A stretch of DNA of 62,917 bases, counting the filler, from Phoronis australis (lineage: Eukaryota; Animalia; Phoronida), in the NCBI GenBank assembly GCA_002633005.1. It is 6 parts of 6 records of this genome, joined end to end, with 100 filler letters (N's around TTAATTAATTAA, not from the genome) between each part and the next. Parts side by side here need not be neighbours in the genome. Positions count along the whole stretch, not along the records: positions 49,285 to 55,847 come from NMRA01002146.1; positions 55,948 to 58,427 come from NMRA01003654.1; positions 58,528 to 62,917 come from NMRA01002096.1; 3 more parts are not named here. The stretch is one strand, 5' to 3'. The notes beneath the pieces are model-generated. The model was given only the letters and a program-made list of their open reading frames with translations, had not been told where the DNA came from and made no database searches. Made by a program: the position numbers and the translations under genes. This document shows, in pieces, positions 49,829 through 62,153 of the stretch; positions within the stretch are counted from its first letter, which is position 1, and the number at the start of each line of letters is the position of its first letter.

Positions 49829-50705
49829 GGAGACGGGCTAATCTGCCTACTCGTAATCGAACTCGGAATTATTATTTCCTCTTCTATTTTTATGGGAGCT
49901 CATGTGCGAGCTCAAGATATATGTCTGTTATTCTGTGCTACAGTGTATTATGGTTTACGTAAATGACCGTCTATTGTAAGTTCGTAAATGATGACCTCTA
50001 GATTCAACCTACAAGTCGAGTAAAAACTCAAAATTTCGAGTTCAGACTCGAACTGTTCGTCAAGAACAAACTCGGAGAAGACAATCGTCCACATAAACCC
50101 TTAATCACTCTAGCACAAAATAACAGACATATGTCTTGAGTTCGCACAAAAATAAAACGAAAATTTCGAGTTCGATTTCGAATACAAAAAAATTAGACCT
50201 TAGGTCCATGTACAATGTCAACTCAGTTGGACTGTTTTTGTTTTCCAATGATCTCATCTCATCTTGCACCATCGTTCTCCACTGATTCTCAATCGCTACC
50301 TCCACTTTTGGGATGCACCTAATCCCTGCTCTCCGACACAGGTGCAGTCGATGCTGTCACAGGGCCCAGGGACTAACCTTTGTACTCGAGATCGAACTCG
50401 ATATTTCCTTCCACTTTTTGTGAACTCCAGATAAGTGTTTATTATTCTGGTTTACATGGATAACTGCCTAATCCTTCCTTGTTTTTGATGACCCCATCAT
50501 CAACGTTCGAGTCTGACCTCAAAATTTAGAATTCTTACTCAAGTTTGTAGCTCGCATCTAGGGATCATCAAATGTGAACTTTGACTAGATAGATACTCAT
50601 CTGCATAAAAGACAACATACTTGAGCAGATAAAAAGAGACACTTATCTTGAGCTTGCACAAAAGGAGAACAGTAATGTTAAAGTGCAAAAATTAGACCCT
50701 GGTCC
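49829..50705. mobile_element. Two diverged copies of the CAG-TSD MITE family (49829-50207 and 50363-50705)
   Basis: Share TACTCG..ATCGAACTCG, TCGAGTAAAAACTC and CTTGAGTTCGCACAAAA blocks with 14047-14447; second copy flanked by CAG and CTG. Confidence 0.7.
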
Positions 50706-52596
50706 CTGATCTGCAGCATGCATCTCTCTGCTTGACTCCTCGAAGTGTAGACTAACCACGGCCTTCCTTCTCTGGTCTCGTCGGTAACTTGTGACTGCCC
50801 CACCTTCTAGTCCCTAGAGTCGCACTAAATGAGAACCAGTCTGTACTCAGATACTTCGAATTTCCCCGCAATTGAAGGCATAGGCACAGGAATGAAGCCT
50901 TTGAATAACAGCGAGAAGTTTGTCGAATAGTCTGTACGAATTATATGGAATAAGTATGTATTCATTTGACAGTTTAAGCGGTTTGACTTTTGTGCATACG
51001 TATGATATTGTGGTTCGTAAGCATGATACAGTGAATTGTTCGAGTGCGTGGTTCAGCAGTTTAGGGGTATGATTCGAAGTTCTTTAGTCTGATTGTCTTA
51101 TACCTCTGAAAATGTTGCTTCAAGATTCTCGACACCATGTCGAGTTTTCAGGATGAGACCATTTCTCACTCCAGTATTTACCGGTTCTGTGACAACCAAA
51201 CTTTACTCGACTTAAAAATTGACCAAGTACTTCGCGTGAAACGGGAAAATAACGCGAAACGTGTGGTGATCATGGGCCCTGATGTCAATTAGAATTGCTT
51301 GAATTTTCTTTTTAATTTACAAAACTGAGTTGACTTAAGAAAAACACGTTGACAGTTTAAACCAGTTACAAACCGTTCCGTCGTCATGAAATGGGTTTTC
51401 ATGATTTTCTTTTGTAGAAGGCTTGCAAAGAATTGACAGATCATAAATGCTTGAGACCAGATTCAGCACCAGACGGCGTGTCATTTTGTGCGAGACGGGA
51501 CTTCAAGCAATAACAACATGGCCTCTCATCTGAGTTAGGGCCAAGTTGAGATATGTTATATTACGGTAAGGTTTCTAAATCGAAGGTAAACTAAGCGTCA
51601 TTGACGGATCGTGAGTTTGCTGTGTCTTCATATATGTTTATAGATTCCTTCTGCAGTTCAATTTCTCAACGTAATTGTGTTTTTGTATTTCAAATCAACT
51701 AAAAGCAAAATCATGTTAGGAATGCTATTGCGACAAACTGCTCACTTTGGAAATACGCTTCAAAATGATGTAAATAGCGACGCAGGTTTTCGAAACAATA
51801 AAAGTTTATGAAGGATTGTCTTTGAATCGTTTTCATTGGTGAGATAACGCAAGATATCAAGAGATATCGCCGTGTATTTTTGTGCGAAGCACGAGGTCTC
51901 GTGTTTCACTCAGCTTGCGATTATCTAGCCAGTGTTACAGTGCGGGGCCCCAGTATAGGCATAAGGCTTGTTTCAATGGTTAACAAAATTGTGGGTTTCA
52001 ATGGAAACGTGAAATGTCATGGTTAAGAACACGTACGCCACGAATAGTTGGACTGAATACAAAGTTCTACACGTAGGCTTATTCAGTTTGGTGGCATCGT
52101 TAATGAATATTTCCTAGGGTTACTCATTCCAGTTTCGGATGATGGTGAAGCTTTATATGTGTATAATGACTGCGATGCTGTTGTACTTTTTCGTCGACAA
52201 CAATTTCTCCTCTGTTACAAGTTACCCGGGTGCCTTTATTAATAAAACTGTACGTGACCCATGACATCCACTACTTATAGTTAGCCAAATCAGCACCATA
52301 CGCTCAAAGTGCAATTCATCGTCATTAAATCTGCCCCGAGATTTCTGGGCAGAGAAGTTGCTATATAAGCTCAGTTTTGCAGCGTCAGTGGCTCAGCCTG
52401 TCGGATTTCGTGAGAAATAGGATCATGGTGGAGTCCGACGAAATTAACTTTGACATGAGACAAGATGTTCATTGATCGGAGCAACTACAATAGTATCAAA
52501 TTTCTTAGCTCATTATCTAGGTTTGGGTATTATTAAACGGTTTTACATGCTCTGTTCTAATGATAACAACCAAAACTCGTTACTACTAAAATTGCT

Positions 52597-52811
52597 TTAA
52601 AAAATGCGACTCAAGTTCCACGCTGGCAACAAAAAAAGAAAAGCCATCTTCACGCCACTGAAAGGCATTAATCGGTATCCGGAATTACAAAAATCACCTA
52701 AGCAACCGCACGAAAACAACTGTCCACTTCCAAATAAACTGTCGGCTCTCGTTGATGCACAGGTAGCACGTGACCCCAGAGGCAGACATTGTCTCCGGAC
52801 GGTGACGACAC
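52597..52811 (-). CDS. LDLa-LDLa-Ly6-GPI protein, terminal exon (Ly6 C-half plus GPI-type signal)
   Basis: CAATAG acceptor; VRRQC...ATC...SCGCLGDFCNSG followed by a spacer and hydrophobic MAFLFLLPAW, then TAA; in phase with the previous exon. Confidence 0.85.
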
Positions 52812-53727
52812 CTATTGGAGAAATTGATAATTAACTGAGTGTTTCGTCGCTTGCAGAGTAGGCCCTAATCTCCCCTTTTATCACGGTTATGATTTTACCC
52901 TAGTCTTTTGGCCCTTCAATCTAAAATGAACCGCCTTCTGTCAAAAACTAACGTTTGACTCAAACTGATTCTAAATGAATTCAATTATGATTTCTGAACC
53001 TTGAAAAACACTGTCAATTATTCGAGAGCGCCCGCAACTGTCGACTAGAGCCAGCGGGTAATTTTTAGTGCCGTGCATAGCCACAGCTTGCAATAAGGAA
53101 TAGTCAAGTCTTTCCAAGACCAGGAGGCTTGTAACGGAAGCAAATTAAGACAACATAACGTGTGGTAAGTTGGTCTTTTTGACAGAAGACGGGGTTATTA
53201 AAGTTTTAACGCATCTGCAGGGATTAGTGAGGCGCTGAATTTTAACGCATTCAGCCCGAAACGGTACATTTACAAAAACATATATCATATTGTTGGCAAG
53301 CCCAGCACAGGCAATCAAGTAGTTATCCATTTTCAACAATAGCAAATCCTTTTTGAATTCGTTTAGTTGAATGAAAAAGGAACCTTTCGAAGAGTTTCTA
53401 ACTTGTAAATGGGACCCTGTTATAAAGAATTTTGCCGGTTGGAAAGGGAAATCTTTCGTGTTGAATGTCATAATAGAACGTATAGTTTCATAAGGACACT
53501 GGTCGTGAAAAAGTCTCCGTTCTGGGTGGTACTTCCTGTATAATTCTTCTTCTATGGGAGTCACCCCTCGGACGTTCAAGGCAACTAACGGACACCAAAT
53601 TAATAGGTAAACTCTAATGCTTGTTCGCCCAATCCAGTGACGTTAATGAGCTACAGGTTTCAAGTTTATATAGCGGAAAAGGAATCCCCAATGCATGAAC
53701 ATGATGACATTATAAAAATTTATTTAC

Positions 53728-53850
53728 CGTTGATGACTGTTTTGATCTTGTGGCACCCATGTTGACAGTAGGTCACGTCACTTCCGTTAAACGGGTCCAA
53801 ACAAATTCCTTTTAACAAAGAGCTTGATGAACAGACGTGACACTTATACT
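53728..53850 (-). CDS. LDLa-LDLa-Ly6-GPI protein, Ly6/three-finger domain N-half exon
   Basis: TTTCAG and GTAAA boundaries, phase 1-1; YKCHVCSSSSLLKGICLDPFNGSDVTYCQHGCHKIK fits the Quiver/Ly6 pattern CxxC...CxDPFN...C...CxK. Confidence 0.85.
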
Positions 53851-54375
53851 CTGAAATCCAGAGAAATGGATTTTACAAAAAACTCGTTGTCGTGAGTTCT
53901 ATTGTGCATTCTTGGTTCTACTTTAAAGTTTTACGGGTATATTAGGTCAAAATAATAAATATTCGGAATTTTGAGTGTCGGCGCTAGCCTCCTGTTCAGA
54001 AACGTTACACTAGTTGCTCATCTTGGAAAGAGTCATCTAGAGAAAATAGACCAAAGCTCTTGTACATCAGTTGGAGAAAATAGTGTTATCTTGAATAAAC
54101 CTGAAGTTACTGTTGATACTAATATTTTCTATTTTTATTACAATTGTGATAGCAGGTTTTAAACAAATTCAAAAGAAAAGGACCATGTGGGCAAAACAAA
54201 AATTGATTTGCAGAAATTTCGTCTTGCTACGAAAAAATTAGTGCTTGGTAATGTACACGATCCCGAAATCGCGACTGGCATAAATCAAAGTTTGACTGAA
54301 AGAGCCAGAGTAGAATGTTTGAACCACAAATACCAGGCAAACAATGCGGACAGCTGACGTCGCAGCGGAACTTAC

Positions 54376-54507
54376 GCTGGGGCAAATTACATCCGGCGGC
54401 CGATGATTCGTCTGAAAGATCGTCACAGTCGGCTTGACCATCGCAACGAAACGCTCGATCAATGCACTTTCCGTTACTGCAGCGGAAGTTACCATTCGGA
54501 CATTCGG
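54376..54507 (-). CDS. LDLa-LDLa-Ly6-GPI protein, second LDLa exon
   Basis: TTTCAG and GTAAG boundaries, phase 1-1; [39 protein letters not shown]. Confidence 0.92.
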
Positions 54508-54756
54508 CTGAAACGTACAATGCGATTACCCTCTGTGACAACGACACCCTCGGAGGACCTCTCGTAACACTGGGGAAGAGTCTAACATTTTGACCGGTAT
54601 ACCATGCACTACAAATGTTGACCAACCAGTTAGTTTTATTTAAGACAACTATACATATATACGCATTGGTATGCGATGTTCGTGCAGCACGTTGATGGCG
54701 TACCTCTCCTCCGGAGACTTTTGCATTTGAATGGAAGCTGGCAGGTGTGCACTAAA

Positions 54757-55130
54757 ATGACGTCAACTAAATTTTCTAACCATTTAATGGCATGACATGC
54801 GATTCTTTGCATAGTTCAATAACTTCACCTACATGAAACTAAATATTTGAATGATCCCAACTACATCAGTCTACATATTTAAATTATTTACATTCGTTTC
54901 CATAGTAGAACAATGTAATTTTTATTGATCTAATTCTCCTGAAGACGTCACTTACATTTTTCTACATATTAAAATGACGTCACCAACATTGATCTACATG
55001 TTTAAATGACCTCACCTGCATTTACCTGCATATCAAAATGAGATCACTTACATTTATCTATAATTAAAATTCCGTCACGTGCATTACCCACATAATTATT
55101 TCAGTGACGTCACGTACACTTCTCCGCATA
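54757..55130. repeat. Degenerate minisatellite, about 32-bp unit
   Basis: Recurring AAATGACGTCAC.TACAT-like unit at about 54944, 54975, 55007, 55039, 55070 and 55105. Confidence 0.7.
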
Positions 55131-55135
55131 ATTAC

Positions 55136-55264
55136 CCCGACAATCTGCGCGCGAGTTCTCGTCAGAGTAGTCTCCGCAGTCGTTTATTCCGTCGCATTTC
55201 TTCGTCGGATCCACACAGTTTCCGTTTGAGCAAGAATACTGGTGCCAGTCGCAAACGCCATTCA
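55136..55264 (-). CDS. LDLa-LDLa-Ly6-GPI protein, LDL-receptor class A exon (first visible)
   Basis: TTTTAG and GTAAT boundaries, phase 1-1; [38 protein letters not shown] has six Cys and the DCxDxSDE motif. Not in the ORF track. Confidence 0.9.
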
Positions 55265-56729
55265 CTAAAACGAGTTAATTTGCAAACGACATCATTTCGT
55301 TTAAAGTAGTAATCTCCTACCGCAACAAGAATACACAGATCGTAAAGCACGATATCTAGAGTGAGAAACTATAAATTTATGATCAAGGAAACACAAACCG
55401 CATTTCACGCACACACAAACACCTGAGCAAGATTACAAACTTCGCGAATTTCTCCTTGAATGATAAATAACAGCTTTTGGCTGGAGTCTTTTAAAAGTTG
55501 GGTTATTTATTTATAAAATTGAAAGACTATGGATGGTTGGGGCATTAAAACTAACTTTGTTGAATATAGCGGTGTTAGAGCGACATTGCGAAAATTTCAA
55601 ATAAAAAGTATTGGAGAACTTAATAAGGTTGACTGCTAATGCCCAGTTTTCTCTCTATATTGGATTGTATTCGGAAAGGTAACAGGTATATTACAAGGAT
55701 TTTCAACCATACAACTCAAGTGACAAAAGCTGAATTGGTCTTCAGAATGTAATTTGCCTCACACGTTTAATTAGAAATCTGTGTATCTATTACCCTATCG
55801 TGTGACAAAGGACACTAAACTTCAGTGGTTAAGTCTAGAATTATCAANNNNNNNNNNNNNNNNNNNNNNNNNNNNNNNNNNNNNNNNNNNNTTAATTAAT
55901 TAANNNNNNNNNNNNNNNNNNNNNNNNNNNNNNNNNNNNNNNNNNNNTTTTCAACATCACCCTCAGTCCGCACCGGGCTCGTAAAATCGGGGCGCCTTGG
56001 TCGTGGATACCGCCCCCGTTACAGTTCCATGGGTAGCAAATAAGACAACAGAAAATCATTAAAAGGGCGAATTATCTCTTCAAGATGACCAGGGACTTGT
56101 TTTACACTACAGGTAACGTGAAAACAATTGTTTTCCGTTTAAATTTCTAGGGCTTCAAGAAAACTTTGTGAGATTATCCTCCTGAACTCTGTAATCAACG
56201 ATCTGGATAGTAAACTGCACCCCAGCGCAGGATTGGATAAATTAGACAGAGTAACAGCCTTAGGGCAGTCGAATAGTAAGATATTGTGCAAGAATAGTGG
56301 CAGTTTGTGGCAGTCATTACATCCGAAGTAATCATTGTCGACACTGATGCACGAACTTAGCCAGCAGCGCTACTGTGGGCCAAACCACGAGTCGTTAATT
56401 GTAATAGCATTCAGCACTGCTTACCTGAGTAAAAATCCTGGTAGCTATTTACAAAACATGTCAGTGATCAGTACGACCTTGAGACTGCAACGGCTGTCAA
56501 ACGGTTTCTCTTTCAGTTTCGCAACTAGGCCTGCTTGTACATTGTCAACCAGAGAAAATGTAGGTCACGCTGATAAAAAAGCAATAGATCTTTGTGCGTG
56601 GCTCAGCATGGTCAAGTCAGTTCCATTCTCTTCTTAGCTAGTGTAATAGTGACGCTCCGGGCGTCTCGTTATCGAGCCCGGGGCAGGACTTGCGAACTAT
56701 TTTAGTGTAAAAAACGAACGTACTTTTAA

Positions 56730-58397
56730 AGGAGAATGCCACCCGATTTAATTAGTCTTTTTTACCGTCTTAATCGATCTATATCCACATCGCCTCTTAG
56801 AAGGTCGAACTCACCTTGCCGAGAGGTGTCGCGTTAACCTGTGAGGAAGGTGAGAAACGACGCAGCGACGTCAGTGGTTCGTTTGCAGAGTGAATGCCGC
56901 TATATTGCGGTGCATCTTTCCCGCGTGTCCGAACTATGAAGCTGCGAAGAAAGCGGGTATATCGTTTTTTGCGACTTCATGGAGAGCCCGAAATGCTTAG
57001 AAAGTGTCTCGCAGTAGTGAAAAATGAAAGGTACGCTGTTAGTAGCAAGTATGAGGCCGTGAAACATCTCTGTGTCTGTGGCTGGCATTTCGTCGACAGT
57101 GATTTCTCTGACGAATTCCGGCTTACCAAAGAACTATCCATACATTCCGTTGCCTGTGCATGTTCACGGCGCCTGCCTAGTATTTCTTGATTAATGTATT
57201 CCGGTTCGAACTTATAGCCTGTGAAACCCAACGATCCGACCCGTGAAGTCTTCGTCGGATAAGCTCTTGACTAAGTCGGGATTCATTGGCGCCGGGCAAG
57301 TTGCCATGTAGACATTTATTATTCTGCGTTCTGTTTCAAAATGAATTATTCTCATCCTAACTAATGCTTATATAAAACTGAAACAAAGTCTGTCTCATTA
57401 GATACAATTTGTAATGCCTGTGCAGTATTCGTGAGTGCAAATGTTGAGAAGCCAGCAGTGAATAAACCACTGCTTTACCGGCTTTTGATGCCGGCAATAA
57501 AGGTAATTGACCGGGCACCGAGGCCGTGTGAGCGCATGCTAATTCAGTGTTTGCTGAGAGAAAGTCCTTGTGAAACAATTACTCGATTTTATATGCTATG
57601 GTCACATGTTATGGGGAACCTTTATTTAGAAATACAAATACATTATTCAAATCATTGTTACTGTACAACCTCTACCCTGACGGTCTGTGGAAGGGGAACC
57701 CGACTTCGCGGCCCCCGACAAGCAAGTAGATTTTCACTTTCGAGGCTAGTTCACATAAATAATCACGTCCACATTATTTCTTTGGCTCACTATTCTAGCC
57801 TTTTCGTGACTGGAGGTTTAGTTTCCAACTCAAGCTGGTTTATGTTCTTGCCAGTCTCGGCGGCCGTAACGGACTCGATCGGGTTCCGAGCCACTGGCCG
57901 GGATAACAAGCGTTTTGGGTGTTTAGAACTCAAAAAATCACAAGCCTAAACCACACAGATCTACGTTCTCCTGTTTGTATTCACGGAAGAATACTTTGAA
58001 TCTATCTCCAAACAGACCCCAAACTCCTGCTCCGGACCTTGGTAAATTGGCCTGCCGAATTTTGTAGGCTACGTTGAGTCCAAATACCAAAAAATCCGTA
58101 GCAGTGAAATAAAACAACACGTTGTTATAAGAACTCGGTGTATTTGTAAGAGTTTTACATTGAAGATTGATGATTTATTGGTGTTAAACGATGAATTCAA
58201 CCCATGAGCTGACACCAGTAACCCGTGTTGTGAACTGCTGAACGGACTGCGTGTGAAACCAATGACGACTTTGGATAATTTCAACACCTCCGTCTGCCGT
58301 CAGGTGTCAAGTAACGTAACCGAACGTGCAGTTTTCGAGTAGAATTACTCGATCTAAATTGATACAAAATAGGTTGTTTTTTGGGTGGCATTCTCCT
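56730..58397. mobile_element. Kolobok-like non-autonomous DNA transposon
   Basis: Perfect 15-bp TIR AGGAGAATGCCACCC; flanks TTAA and TTTA; THAP remnant from 56894 (HLCVCGWHFVDSDF) converging on a minus-strand GFTGYKFEPEY remnant resembling the N-terminal Y.FEP motif of the second Kolobok protein. Confidence 0.75.
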
Positions 58398-58825
58398 TTT
58401 AGTCAAAGGAAACAATCGCCAAGTTCGNNNNNNNNNNNNNNNNNNNNNNNNNNNNNNNNNNNNNNNNNNNNTTAATTAATTAANNNNNNNNNNNNNNNNN
58501 NNNNNNNNNNNNNNNNNNNNNNNNNNNATCAAAGCTATAAGTCATGTGATAAAGGCAGCGACCTCTAAGACCAGTTTTAAAGAATGACTGGAAGCCAAAA
58601 CGCGGGGAATCAGCGATTTCTAATCAAATCATGAAACATAAGGAGTTTTGCTGTTTTATAACTCTGTTCAAAATATTTCAAGAAATAGATATATTCTTAA
58701 CCTACAACAATCGAAAAAGTGCGAAATCAATTGTCACTCTGGGCTTTAAGATGTTCCCAAGATTTTCTCGGTTTCTGACACGTGGCAAATGGGCCTTGTG
58801 GATTTGTTTGTAGAGAAATAGAATT

Positions 58826-58842
58826 TATACATATACATATAC

Positions 58843-58924
<82 letters not shown>

Positions 58925-58941
58925 ATATATGTATGTATATA
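58826..58941. repeat. (ATATGT)n microsatellite
   Basis: About 13 ATATGT units preceded by a few inverted ATATAC units; source of the MYMY, HIHI and YIYI ORFs. Confidence 0.95.
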
Positions 58942-59041
58942 CAGAATTTGTTAAATGCACGACACTTTTCATTGTTCACAGTCTTTATTCCGTTACGTTC
59001 GTACTTTCGGAACAAAACTCTACTCTCAACTCAACATAGAT

Positions 59042-59119
59042 ACAGTAACTGACCTAGCGACATAATTAAAAGACACACGACAGTAACTGACCTAGCGACA
59101 TAATTAAAAGACACACGAT
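59042..59119. repeat. Perfect two-copy tandem duplication, 38-bp unit
   Basis: ACAGTAACTGACCTAGCGACATAATTAAAAGACACACG repeated twice. Confidence 0.9.
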
Positions 59120-60587
59120 ATTTCGAATTTAACATACTTGTTTCATTCTCAAGTGAAGATAAAATGACGCAGTAATACCACCATATATGTATATATGTGT
59201 GTTTGTTGGGCCATAGATGGATTAATTCTTCCTAAATGTTAAAATTAGCAACAAGGACGTCATTCACTGCGCAGTGTAGAAAGTGAGGTGGCATGATCGA
59301 ACTTTACGTCCTGGTCAGCTTCACCAGACGAGTGCTATTGGTCGCCTAACTTATTCATTGTGCATACGCCTATTATTCGTGATTGGATTATTAAGACATG
59401 TTTATTTTAAAGTTTTCAAATTAATGAAGCAAAAATAATTAACACCACGTGCTCCTATTTAAGCCCCGTGTGTATAAATCTGAAGTTTTAAGTTGGCTTT
59501 TTATTCACTCGTGTTTGTTTACCCGGAGAATATCGAGGAAGACGCCGAGAATGTTTTGCTCCGTCTTAGTGCTCAGTCTGTTTAGCAGTTTGGTCACGCC
59601 AATGCCTCACCACGTTCAGAAGAGAAAGACCGGTATGTCCCAAGGACACATTCACAGCCACCTAAATCAACTACAAACAAACGTTCTCAACAAAATCACT
59701 TCGCATGATAACAGCCAATTGACTCGGCTCAACTCCAAAGTCTCATCGATCGACTCAGCGGCATACAGACGAAACTCGGGAAATTGGAAGAAAACAACCC
59801 TGCAAAAAGAGTGTCGGCGAAAATGGACAAACTCTTGGAGCTGTGGGACGCGCATTTCTGCCCCAGTGGGTTTTTGAAACACAACACCTCCTGTTATCTT
59901 TTGGTAGACCAGCCTAAGACCCGAGATGATGCGGAAAGCCATTGTGGGATGTTCGGGGCGCATCTCCTGACAGTAGAGTCGGAAGTGGAGCTTGAGTTTC
60001 TGATGCAGATGGTGGCGGACTCAAAATCTGACAGCCGACTTGTTATTACTGACGGTGTGTGGAAACCGGAGCTGCGCTATTGGACTTGGCAGTACACAAG
60101 AGAGTTTGCACCCAGCGTGATATTTCCACAGAGTAAGTCTATGATACTTTTAGAATTGTTTTGACATTGAAAAGATACTTCAATATTGAAGATCGACAAG
60201 TACGCCATTAAAGTTGCTGGACAAGAGTTTCGAATAGCAAATTAAATTGTATTGTTGTATGTCATACATCACAGCGAATAATAATTTGGTCCGGGTATAA
60301 AAAGTGCTATAACAGCAATCGCCTAAAATTTAATCAGAGTCGTCAGAAAAGTCAGAAACATTAGCAGTCAAATGTCAATAACCTCAATGTGTCCGGGAAA
60401 AATCAGAAAACTCGTTAAATCGTGTCTAGATTCAATTCCAAACAGTTCAAAATCAATCAAAAATGGTAATAAAAAGGTCAACGCTCGTATCCACACGAAC
60501 GTAGGTGCTAATTTGTGACCAAAAACTCGACCGTTCGATGCCAACATTGGCATGTGCGAATCGTTATCTTTTGAACATTCATTATGA

Positions 60588-60764
<177 letters not shown>

Positions 60765-61732
60765 TAAGTTCTTAGCGATAATTGAGCAGTCCGGCAAAGG
60801 TCTTTCACTACTTACCGAGTAAGAGTGCATGTACGCGATACGTGCGCACACATTACGGCGTTTTCCCGTTGCTTCCAACTTGTTCGATTCTATAGCCCAA
60901 CAACAAGTTGGGAAGTTTACCCCTGTAGCCAATATCTTACACGACTGATTAACTCCATTCTGGCATTCATGGTCGGAGGGTCAGCTCTCTTTTGTTCGAT
61001 AATTGCTCTAATCTTCAAGAAATCCTATCTAGCCTGACTGGGCTGTGCTGTTAAAAATAAAAGTTAAGTTATAACATATTTGAACATAAACCAATAGCAT
61101 TTCTGAAATCCTCGTCTAATGGTGATCATGTTTAGTTTTTGAATCGCCAAAATTGCCCAACTGCAACCGAAGTTACGATAATCTATTCTTTCTGAATGTA
61201 CCAATTCGCTCTGGGTTTGACGGTGTTCACAGGTGGTCTGTAATAAGCCTGGTAGATAATTGGCCTGCCTGTTTTCATAACAGACTAAAGACTTTGCTTG
61301 GCAGATGACAAAGAAGCTAGATGTTATCACACGCTCAGAACCCCTTTCCTCTGGTAAAGTCACTGAACGGGAAAACGCTGTCATGCAGAGACCTATGTGC
61401 GCATAACCCAAATGTTCATGCAGTGTATATGACATAGTGTTGGGCATTTTTGTGTAACAAAATAATTTTTGCCACTGTTCCCATATAATTGCCGTTCGTG
61501 ATTTCATGATGTAGATCATGTGTGGAAATAACGCTGTATTTGACACCCTACTCGAGACCGGCCCCTGCCAAGAAGGTAGTACATGAAACCATCACAATCA
61601 CGGCCTTGCAAAAGAAGCAGAAAGTTAACTTCTTAAGGCTTGCCGTACAATGACCATGTATTATCCGCGAAGGTGCCAGTGGTGAAGATTTTAACGTTCA
61701 AGTTTAGCTGGTGCAGACAACAGTGACCACGN

Positions 61733-62153
61733 GAAGCTGGGGAATTGTCTGCGATGATGAATGGGATCTCAATGACGCCAAGGTGGTTTGTAGACAGCTG
61801 GGATTTGAGTAAGTTCTTAGCGATAATTGAGCAGTCTGGCAAAGGTCTTTCACTAATTACCGAGTAAGAGGGCATGTACGCGATACGTGCGCACACCTTA
61901 CGGCGTTTTCCGTTGCTCCCAACTTGTTCGATTCTATAGCAAAACAACAAGTTGGGAAGTTTACCCCTGTAGCCAATATCTTACACGACTGATTAACTCC
62001 ATTCTGGCATTCATGGTTGGAGGGTCAGCTCTCTTTTGTTCGATAATTGCTCTAATCTTCAAAAAAATCCTATCTAGCCTGACTGGGCTGTGCTGTTAAA
62101 AATAAAAGTTATAACATATTTGAACATAAACCAATAACATTTCTGAAATCCTC
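61733..62153 (+). repeat. Near-identical duplicate of 60688-61113 (probable allelic contig overlap)
   Basis: Begins right after a single N at 61732 in the middle of the SRCR exon; differs by scattered substitutions and small indels. Confidence 0.85.

Noticed and set aside
53145-53579. 144-aa minus-strand ORF within the Ly6 intron
   Set aside because: Non-ATG start, no recognisable domain, and not needed for the in-phase spliced model; probably repeat-derived or chance.
55265-55440. Signal-peptide exon for the LDLa-Ly6 gene
   Set aside because: The nearby hydrophobic reading frames are not in phase with the LDLa exon at any plausible donor.
58727-59039. ORFs with MYMY, HIHI and YIYI runs
   Set aside because: Translations of the (ATATGT)n microsatellite.
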